Below are positions 29,212-36,072 of a stretch of 49,730 nt of DNA, one piece after another. The notes beneath the pieces are model-generated. The model was not told the DNA's origin, did no database searches, and was given only the letters and a program-made list of their open reading frames with translations. The position numbers and the translations under genes were made by a program. Source of the DNA: Bacteroidota bacterium. Lineage in GTDB: Bacteria > Bacteroidota > Ignavibacteria > UBA10030. Numbering within the stretch: position 1 is the stretch's first letter; each line of letters begins with the position of its first letter. The stretch is taken from NCBI GenBank assembly GCA_035574455.1, contig DATLYT010000050.1, positions 1-49,730 of the forward strand, given 5' to 3'.

Positions 29212-30372
29212 ATGCGTATAGGAATCCTCACCGGCGGGGGCGATGTGCCCGGCCTCAACGCCTGTATCAAAGCCGTCGTCTACCGGGCGACCGAACAAGG
29301 GGCTGAAGTTCTCGGTATCCGGCGGGGCTGGGCGGGTCTGCTCAACTATAACCCCGACGATCCACAAGAACACGACAAGAACGTTATCGCCTTAAACCGA
29401 CTCAACACGCGCACCATTGACCGGTCGGGAGGGACCTTCATCCATACCTCTCGTACAAATCCGGCGAAGGTGCGGAAGAAGGAAATCCCTCCATTCCTCC
29501 GTACTTCGGAACACGAGAAACTTGGAAAGGACGACAAGGTCGACCTCACTCCGCACGTGCTGAGAGTCATTCAGAAGCTCGGCATTGATGTCCTCATCAC
29601 GATTGGAGGGGATGACACCCAGAGTTACGCCGTGCGGATGCACAAAGAAGGCGTACCGGTTATTGCAATCCCCAAAACAATGGACAACGATGTGTACGGT
29701 ACGGATTACTGTATCGGCTTTTCCACAGCGGTGACTCGAAGCGTGGATTTTATCACCGCGCTGCGAACAGTGGCAGGCTCACACGAGCGAATTGCCGTGG
29801 TGGAACTCTTCGGCCGGAACTCCGGCGAAACCTCGCTCATCTCCGCCTATCTTGCCGGGGTCGATCGCGCCATCATCTCCGAAGTTCCCTTCGATGTTGA
29901 GAAACTTGCGCGGTTGTTGTTGGAAGACAAAGCTAACAACCCAAGCAACTATGCCATCATGACGATTTCCGAGGGAGCGCATCTCATCGGAGGTCAAGTC
30001 GTGGAGTATGGAGAAGAAGACGCCTACGGACACAGGAAGTTAGGAGGTATCGGCGAGATCACCCAGCAGGCACTCAAGAAACTCACCGGTGTTGATATGG
30101 TCTATCAACAGGTCGCCTACCTGATGCGCAGCGGCGAACCGGACGCACTCGACAGGATGGTAGCGATTAGTTATGCGAATCTTGCCACCGACCTCGCGCT
30201 CAAGAAGGAATTCGGCAAAATGGTCGCGTTGCGGGAAGGAAAGTACACCACCGTACCCATTGAAACACTCACACAAGGGGTGAAGCGGGTCGACGTCGAA
30301 GAACTCTACGATGTGGAGAACTATCGACCGAAGGTTGCTCATCTCCTCGGCAAGCCGATGTTCTTGTATTGA
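29212..30372 (+). CDS. 6-phosphofructokinase, with signature residues of the PPi-dependent type
   Basis: [20 protein letters not shown] (Asp where ATP-PFKs have Gly) and PKTMDND (Lys where ATP-PFKs have Gly). Confidence 0.85.
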   Translation: MRIGILTGGGDVPGLNACIKAVVYRATEQGAEVLGIRRGWAGLLNYNPDDPQEHDKNVIALNRLNTRTIDRSGGTFIHTSRTNPAKVRKKEIPPFLRTSEHEKLGKDDKVDLTPHVLRVIQKLGIDVLITIGGDDTQSYAVRMHKEGVPVIAIPKTMDNDVYGTDYCIGFSTAVTRSVDFITALRTVAGSHERIAVVELFGRNSGETSLISAYLAGVDRAIISEVPFDVEKLARLLLEDKANNPSNYAIMTISEGAHLIGGQVVEYGEEDAYGHRKLGGIGEITQQALKKLTGVDMVYQQVAYLMRSGEPDALDRMVAISYANLATDLALKKEFGKMVALREGKYTTVPIETLTQGVKRVDVEELYDVENYRPKVAHLLGKPMFLY

Positions 30373-30399
30373 TAGCAAACCATAAAACGTTAAATGGAA

Positions 30400-30541
30400 G
30401 CCCCGTCAGGGGCGACATTATGGTAGTAGTAGTCCAAACAAAATTATCATAGCCGCGGTAGCGGCGACATTATGGTAGCCCCCGTCAGGCTGCCCGCCTT
30501 AGGCGGGGGCGACATATCCATCCGTGCGTAACATCAGTTAG
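30400..30541 (+). repeat. Family A modular hairpin repeat cluster, locus 1 (three units of GC hairpin plus GACATTATGGTAG-type tail, then TGCGTAACATCAGTTAG end)
   Basis: gccccgtcaggggc-gacattatggtag; gccgcggtagcggc-gacattatggtag; cccgccttaggcggg-ggcgacatatccatcc. Positions 30431-30541 are nearly identical to 42196-42298. Confidence 0.85.
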
Positions 30542-30572
30542 TTAAACCGCAAAGAACGCGAAGGAGAAGAAT

Positions 30573-31607
30573 ATGAACATTTCCAGATCAATCCTTGCAG
30601 GAGTCATCATGCTCGGCAGTATTGTTGAGAGTAGTTTTAGCCAAGACGGGAAACCGGTTGCCATCGTGATTCATGGTGGCGCGGGAACAATCCGACGAGA
30701 AACCATGACGCCCGAACGAGAGAAGGCCTATCGAGAAGCATTAGAACAAGCATTGAAGACCGGTTACGACATTCTGAAAAAAGGAGGCACGAGTCTCGAT
30801 GCCGTCGAGGCGACGATTCGGGTTATGGAAGACTCTCCCTTGTTCAACGCCGGCAAGGGCGCCGTGTTTACCGCCGAGGGCACTAATGAACTCGACGCCG
30901 CCATCATGGACGGCGCGACACTCAAAGCCGGTTCCGTTGCCGGTTTGAAGCGTATCAAGAATCCGATTACACTCGCACGCAACGTGATGGAACATTCTCC
31001 CCACGTGATGATGGTTGGTAATGGAGCCGAGACGTTTGCCCGCCAGCGGGGTCTGGAGTTTGTCGATCCAAGCTATTTCCGCACCGAACATCGGTGGAAC
31101 CAGCTTCAGGAGGCGAAGAAGCGAGAGCAGCAACCTGCTTCTGAGCCAAGTCAGGACAAGAAGCCCGGCGGTCTGGAGGATGATGAATTCAAATTTGGAA
31201 CGGTTGGCTGTGTGGCGCTCGACCGGTTTGGGAATCTCGCTGCCGGTACCTCAACCGGCGGGACGACAAACAAAAAATACGGCAGGGTTGGCGATGCGCC
31301 CATCATCGGCGCGGGAACGTATGCTAACAATAAGACGTGCGGTGTTTCGTGTACCGGAACGGGCGAATACTTTATCCGTTCGGTCGTCGGTCACGATGTC
31401 TCAGCATTGATGGAGTACAGGGGGATGTCGGTGAAGGAAGCGGCGGAGTTGGTTGTGATGGACAAGCTCGTCAAGATGGGTGGTGACGGCGGGTTGATTG
31501 CGATGGATAACAAGGGGAACATCGCAATGCCCTTCAATACGTCCGGTATGTATCGAGGATACATCGACATCAACGGAACGGTGGTGATTCAGATTTACAG
31601 GGAGTGA
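30573..31607 (+). CDS. Isoaspartyl peptidase / L-asparaginase (Ntn hydrolase), secreted
   Basis: Signal peptide. IVIHGGAGT. Autoprocessing site FGTVGCVALD. GRVGDAPIIGAG. AAGGAG RBS. Confidence 0.9.
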   Translation: MNISRSILAGVIMLGSIVESSFSQDGKPVAIVIHGGAGTIRRETMTPEREKAYREALEQALKTGYDILKKGGTSLDAVEATIRVMEDSPLFNAGKGAVFTAEGTNELDAAIMDGATLKAGSVAGLKRIKNPITLARNVMEHSPHVMMVGNGAETFARQRGLEFVDPSYFRTEHRWNQLQEAKKREQQPASEPSQDKKPGGLEDDEFKFGTVGCVALDRFGNLAAGTSTGGTTNKKYGRVGDAPIIGAGTYANNKTCGVSCTGTGEYFIRSVVGHDVSALMEYRGMSVKEAAELVVMDKLVKMGGDGGLIAMDNKGNIAMPFNTSGMYRGYIDINGTVVIQIYRE

Positions 31608-31624
31608 CGGAGAAAGCCGACAAT

Positions 31625-31664
31625 AAAAAATCCCGACTAACAGTAGTCGGGATTTTTTATTTTA
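31625..31664. terminator. Bidirectional rho-independent terminator between the asparaginase and AGCS transporter genes
   Basis: aaaaaatcccgacta (31625-31639) pairs with tagtcgggatttttt (31644-31658). A-tract on one side and T-tract on the other. Confidence 0.8.
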
Positions 31665-31671
31665 GTTAGTG

Positions 31672-31718
31672 GCGAACGAACCGTTCGCCCTTCTTCTCGT
31701 TTCGACGCTCTGCGTCGG
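31672..31718. repeat. Two short perfect hairpins (REP-like)
   Basis: ggcgaacg-aac-cgttcgcc (31672-31690) and cgacgc-tct-gcgtcg (31704-31718), followed by gaatgcgaatc. Confidence 0.5.
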
Positions 31719-31726
31719 AATGCGAA

Positions 31727-33175
31727 TCAATCCCCAAACGGGCTAGTGATCTCGCCCTTATCCCATCGCTTCAGATAATCATCCGTCACCATTTTTACCA
31801 CTCCCCCTAACAGGATTAGGCCGATCAGGTTGGGGATGGCCATCACCGCGTTGCCGATGTCGCCTAAGTTCCAGACGATCTTCAGATGATCGCCTTGCAG
31901 GACAGCCCCAAAGAAAACAAAGATGCAGAAAATGTAACGATAGGGCATCGCCGCTTTAACGCCCCAGAGATATTTCGCACCCTGCTCGCCGTAGTACGAC
32001 CAACCGATGAGTGTGGTGTAGCCGAAAAGGAAACTGCTGAGACTGACAATCCATCCGCCTAAATCGGTACCCAATCCAACAGCAAAGGCGGATTTCGTTA
32101 GCTCGGTGCTGGTCAATCCGGTTGTGTGCGGATGGAGATTGGAGTTCAGAATCACAAATGTCGTCATGCTGCAGACGATAATCGTATCGATGAATGTGCC
32201 CATCATGGCGACCATCCCCTGCGCGGCAGCCTCATTGCCTTTTGCTGCTGCAGCGGGAATCGAGCAGGAGCCGATGCCGGACTCGTTCGAGAGCGTCCCG
32301 CGAGCAACGCCGTAGCGGATGGCCTCTTTCACCGTGTGTCCGAGAAACCCTCCAACGATTGCTTCATTAGTTAGTGCCGACTCCATGACGATCATGAAGA
32401 TCGCCGGAATATTGGTGAAGTTCGAAAGAATGACGTACAGCCCCGCGCCCATGTAAAGAACAATCATCCCCGGAACCAGTCGCTCCGCCACAGCCGCAAT
32501 CCGTTTGATACCGCCGATAATGACCAGACCGGTCAGAATCGCCAGGCCGATACCCGTAACGAAGAAGGGAATACCAAAGTCACTTTTCAGTGCCAGGGAG
32601 ATGGAGTTCGACTGCGCCATGTTCCCGCTGCCGAACGTCGCCATGAAGATGACGGCAACAGAGAACCAGAGAGCGAGAAATTTTCCTAAACTTTTGTTTT
32701 TCAAACCGTCGCGCAAATAATACATCGCTCCGCCACTGAAAGTACCATCCGCTGTTTTGATTCGGTATTTCAATCCCAACATTCCTTCCGCGTATTTCGT
32801 GGCCATACCGAACACTGCCGTCATCCACATCCAGAATGCTGCGCCAGGTCCTCCGCTTGCAATCGCAGTCGCAACGCCGGCAATATTCCCGTTGCCCACC
32901 GTTGCTGCGAGCGCCGTCATAAGAGCCTGGAATGGCGTCACGTCACCAGTTCGCCCTGCCATATCCTCCTTGTTACGACCGCGCATCATGAATTTCATGG
33001 CAAGTCCTAACCGTCGGATCTGGATAAATCCTGTCTTGTAGGACATGTAGAGACCGGTGAAGAACAGCAGCACGACTACACCCGGCGCTAAGGGAAACCC
33101 GGGGATGTCGTACCACCAGATGTTGTCGGCAATCACCTGCGTAACTTGTAACAGCTTGTCGAGAAAATCATTCAT
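31727..33175 (-). CDS. Alanine/glycine:cation symporter (AGCS) family transporter
   Basis: Family signature ATAIASGGPGAAFWMWMTAVFGMATKYAE. Multi-TM, about 480 aa. Confidence 0.9.
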   Translation of the reverse strand: MNDFLDKLLQVTQVIADNIWWYDIPGFPLAPGVVVLLFFTGLYMSYKTGFIQIRRLGLAMKFMMRGRNKEDMAGRTGDVTPFQALMTALAATVGNGNIAGVATAIASGGPGAAFWMWMTAVFGMATKYAEGMLGLKYRIKTADGTFSGGAMYYLRDGLKNKSLGKFLALWFSVAVIFMATFGSGNMAQSNSISLALKSDFGIPFFVTGIGLAILTGLVIIGGIKRIAAVAERLVPGMIVLYMGAGLYVILSNFTNIPAIFMIVMESALTNEAIVGGFLGHTVKEAIRYGVARGTLSNESGIGSCSIPAAAAKGNEAAAQGMVAMMGTFIDTIIVCSMTTFVILNSNLHPHTTGLTSTELTKSAFAVGLGTDLGGWIVSLSSFLFGYTTLIGWSYYGEQGAKYLWGVKAAMPYRYIFCIFVFFGAVLQGDHLKIVWNLGDIGNAVMAIPNLIGLILLGGVVKMVTDDYLKRWDKGEITSPFGD

Positions 33176-33212
33176 AGCGACTCTCCATGTTGGTCAACAA
33201 AAAGAGCAATGA

Positions 33213-34574
33213 TTAGACGATGCCGAAAAGATTCAGCAACACTAACAGGATAATGACAGGGCTGACGAAACGGATCAGGATCTGCCATAACCCGATATAC
33301 CAATGTGCAGAAGGCGACGCGCCGATTTTAAGCTCTTCGGCTCCTTTCTGGGCGCCCCACACCCATCCCACGAAGATACAGATGAGCAATCCACCAATCG
33401 TTAACGAAAAACTGCCAAAGAGAAAATTCATGATGTCCAGAAATCCTGTCGCAAGCGGGGGCAGACTGGGATTGGGGTGTGGAAGCGTTATGGTACTCAA
33501 GAAATCAACAGTCCCTTGAGAAAGTGCAGAGGGGAGGCCCATCACAAACGTGATCATCGTGATTACCCAGACGGCTTTTTTGCGTGACCACTTTTTCTGG
33601 TCGACAAGAAAAGCAACCGGGACTTCGAGCAAAGACACTGTCGAAGTGAGTGCGGCAATAATGAGCAGAATGAAAAAGAAGACGCCGACAATGGTTCCGC
33701 CGGGCATTTTTTCAAAAATGGTGGGAAGAACATTGAAGACTAATCCCGGCCCAGCGGCAGGGTCCATGCCGGCCGAGAAGAGCGCCGGGAAGATGACAAG
33801 TCCCGCAAGGAAAGCGATCGTTGTGTCGGAGATTGCTACCGCCGTTGCGCTGAAGGGGATGCTTTCGTTCTTCGAGAGGTAACTACCGTAGGTAATCATC
33901 GTTCCCATCCCGAGGCTAAGCGAGAAGAAGGCTTGACCCAAGGCGGCGAGGATCGTTGAGCCGGTGATCTTGCTGAAATCGGGTTTCAGGTAGAACTCCA
34001 CACCTTTCCCTGCCCCTTCGAGCGTCAGTGAAAACACCATGAGCCCGACAAGAATCAGGAGCAACAACGGCATCAGGATTTTTGACCACCGTTCGATTCC
34101 CTTTTCGACACCGCCGAGCACAACAAGGGTTGTGAGGAGGAGAAACACAGTAAAGTAGCCGATTTCTATCGTAGGATTGTGGATGAACTCGGCAAAGGTT
34201 CCACCTGTATGAAATGCTGTTTTGAAAAGATACCCGATGGTCCAACCGGCGACGACGAGATAGAACGAGAGTATGCCAACGCCCGTGATGACGCCGAGGT
34301 AGCCAACACCGGGCCACAACCGGGACGAGGAGATTTTCTTAATCGCTCCAACAGGATTGAGGGTTGTATGGCGACCGAGTGCAAGCTCAGCGATGAGCAC
34401 GGAGACGCCGATGAATAGGACGCATCCGAGATAGACAAGAACGAACGCGGCGCCTCCGTTTTGTCCTGTGACGTATGGATAGCGCCAGATGTTTCCCAAG
34501 CCAATGGCCGATCCGGCGGCGGCTAAGATAAATCCCAGTCGTGAAGTCCAGTTACCTCGAGAAGTCTGTTCCAT
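33213..34574 (-). CDS. Sodium-dependent transporter, SNF (neurotransmitter:sodium symporter) family
   Basis: N-terminal signature AAGSAIGLGNIWRYPYVTGQNGGAAF. 11-12 TM helices. Confidence 0.9.
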   Translation of the reverse strand: MEQTSRGNWTSRLGFILAAAGSAIGLGNIWRYPYVTGQNGGAAFVLVYLGCVLFIGVSVLIAELALGRHTTLNPVGAIKKISSSRLWPGVGYLGVITGVGILSFYLVVAGWTIGYLFKTAFHTGGTFAEFIHNPTIEIGYFTVFLLLTTLVVLGGVEKGIERWSKILMPLLLLILVGLMVFSLTLEGAGKGVEFYLKPDFSKITGSTILAALGQAFFSLSLGMGTMITYGSYLSKNESIPFSATAVAISDTTIAFLAGLVIFPALFSAGMDPAAGPGLVFNVLPTIFEKMPGGTIVGVFFFILLIIAALTSTVSLLEVPVAFLVDQKKWSRKKAVWVITMITFVMGLPSALSQGTVDFLSTITLPHPNPSLPPLATGFLDIMNFLFGSFSLTIGGLLICIFVGWVWGAQKGAEELKIGASPSAHWYIGLWQILIRFVSPVIILLVLLNLFGIV

Positions 34575-34617
34575 GCAAGATCTCCGTCAGATAATGGGTC
34601 GAAAACAGAACGGCGTC

Positions 34618-34646
34618 ATTATAGCGAAATCAGTTTAGAGAAGCAA
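34618..34646 (-). promoter_or_regulatory. Sigma70-like promoter candidate for the SNF/AGCS transporter pair
   Basis: On the minus strand, TTGCTT (34641-34646), 17 nt, TATAAT (34618-34623). GGAG RBS before the ATG at 34574. Confidence 0.5.
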
Positions 34647-34677
34647 TACAAATGCGGGTGTGTAGCGGTGCAGGTAG

Positions 34678-34770
34678 AGATGCCCGCTTGATCCTCACTT
34701 ACCCCTGCGGGGAGCGGGCATGAGAACGAAAAAGACGTGTCAGACCCCGAACGTATTCATCGGGAATCTG
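34678..34770 (+). repeat. Family B composite hairpin element, copy 1
   Basis: agATGCCCGC...GCGGGCATGA hairpin (with an inner cccctgcgggg), a purine-rich spacer, then CCCGAAcgtattcaTCGGGAATCT hairpin. Same order and orientation as 48679-48753. Confidence 0.75.
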
Positions 34771-34878
34771 AACAACTCCTGAATAATCCTGAAAGCGCAT
34801 CACGACCGCGGGGCGAGGGTTGAGAAATGCAGGGAATGTCGGCCATTAGAGATCGGTGAGGATTTAAGTGCTACACCT

Positions 34879-34903
34879 TCTGACCTCTGACCTCTGATGT
34901 CTG
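34879..34903. repeat. 7-nt microsatellite (tctgacc tctgacc tctgatg tctg)
   Basis: Direct reading; 3.5 tandem copies, 13 nt 3' of the stop of the C39-like gene. Confidence 0.7.
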
Positions 34904-34915
34904 TTTTCCGAAAAT

Positions 34916-35797
34916 TCACGTTCGCTTTTTCTTCCCAGCCATCTCTTCATAAACTGGTTCGATGCCATACTTTCCTGCCGCCCACAGTGTCAAGAGAGTC
35001 GTCATGCCGGCGATGGCGCGCTTCTCGTCTTCCTCGTGAATAACGAGTCCATAGGTGTCGGCGACGAAGCGAAACTGCTTGAGCAGTTTCCGTGCCTGGC
35101 GAGGATTCACCCATCCGTGCCAGAAGGAAACTTGCTCGACGATCATCTCTTCGTGGCGGCGGAAAAATTCGCCCAGGGAGATGACCTTTTCACTGAGCGG
35201 TGTGCGGGGTTTGGCAAGGTTCAGCAGGTCAGCAACATACAAATCCCATTGAAGAGACAGCAACCGGTTTTCCGGCCGGCGGAGAAACTTGGCGCGGGCG
35301 AGCGAAAACTTTGCCTTCGTCTTCACGCGAAACTTCGGCACGATCGGATGGTAGTCGTAAATCGTGCGAACGAAGCTTTTATCCAACTCATCCGGCTCGC
35401 GGTATACCCAGATCTTTTTCAGTTGTGGCCACGTGTGGATTGTCAGGACGGCTTTATCGGCACTATCAAGGGAAATAAATTTCCCGTTCTCTTCTTTAAC
35501 GACTGTGATCCAGTGCTCCCACTCACGGATGCACAGGAGGGAGGGGATACCACGTCTGAGATAGGAAACCAACTCGCGGCGCGCTTGTTCGGGGTCGTGC
35601 CGTCGGAACATCTTCAGTTCGCATCGATAATATTTCGCGGCGCGGGCGAGCTGAATTTCGTCCGTCCCATACCACCAGTGCGTGCCGGCGATTTTCGTGA
35701 TGTTTTTCTCGTCGGCAAAAATCCCTAACGTTACCAGCGCATGTTTTAGCGCAAACGGCCCGCATTGCCACTGATTCGGTTGTGGGTAAAGTCCCAT
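34916..35797 (-). CDS. Cytoplasmic C39-like (papain-fold) cysteine peptidase domain protein with an uncharacterised helical C-terminal half
   Basis: N-terminal QPNQWQCGPFALKHALVTLG (Gln/Cys, C12) and EHWITVV (His95) followed by ISLDSAD. This matches the order and spacing of the C39/C39_2 catalytic motifs. No signal peptide. Residues about 140-293 match no motif I recognise. Confidence 0.6.
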   Translation of the reverse strand: MGLYPQPNQWQCGPFALKHALVTLGIFADEKNITKIAGTHWWYGTDEIQLARAAKYYRCELKMFRRHDPEQARRELVSYLRRGIPSLLCIREWEHWITVVKEENGKFISLDSADKAVLTIHTWPQLKKIWVYREPDELDKSFVRTIYDYHPIVPKFRVKTKAKFSLARAKFLRRPENRLLSLQWDLYVADLLNLAKPRTPLSEKVISLGEFFRRHEEMIVEQVSFWHGWVNPRQARKLLKQFRFVADTYGLVIHEEDEKRAIAGMTTLLTLWAAGKYGIEPVYEEMAGKKKRT

Positions 35798-35823
35798 AGG
35801 TAGGTCTGAAGATTGTGCTACAA

Positions 35824-35852
35824 ATACTACCCAATCTTCGCCCGAATATCAA
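35824..35852 (-). promoter_or_regulatory. Sigma70-like promoter candidate for the C39-like gene
   Basis: On the minus strand, TTGATA (35847-35852), 17 nt, TAGTAT (35824-35829). The -35 box lies in the loop of the hairpin at 35841-35870. Confidence 0.4.
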
Positions 35853-35870
35853 TACGGAATTTCGGGAATG
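35841..35870 (+). repeat. Family B hairpin-2 unit, solo copy
   Basis: CCCGAAtatcaatacggaaTTCGGGAATG. Same stem and GAAT tail as the units at 34745-34770 and 48729-48753. Confidence 0.6.
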
Positions 35871-36072
35871 AATACCTGTTTTTTGAAAAGAGCTGGAGCG
35901 AAGTGCACAGCACAACGTATGATAAAGGGAAATCAGAGCCGTGCCCGCCGCAGAGGGTTTCGGACTGTCTTACGAAAAATGTCAATCCAACAATCAATCG
36001 GCGGAATTTCTCCACACTTTTTTCTATATTGCTACTCGAATCGACAAGTATGTCGTGCAACAGGAGAACACC

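Noticed and set aside
30400-30541. Whether the hairpin-repeat clusters (30400-30541, 42041-42298) could be a degenerate CRISPR array.
   Set aside because: The units are irregularly spaced, occur in both orientations, have variable stems, and lack unique spacers of constant length. No cas genes or leader are in the window.
34879-34903. The 7-nt microsatellite (tctgacc)x3.5 as a phase-variation switch.
   Set aside because: It is non-coding, lies downstream of the C39-like stop rather than in a promoter or ORF, and has few copies. It is recorded as a repeat feature only.
35941-36072. N-terminal extensions offered by the ORF track: acnA from 35941, lpxA from 25790, skp2 from 22703, uppS from 18863, msrP from 43272, hemL from 6156 and rluE-like from 15494.
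   Set aside because: The extensions start at TTG/GTG or overlap upstream genes or promoter elements, and they add residues absent from the known families. Internal ATG/GTG codons with AGGAG-like RBSs give canonical N-termini.
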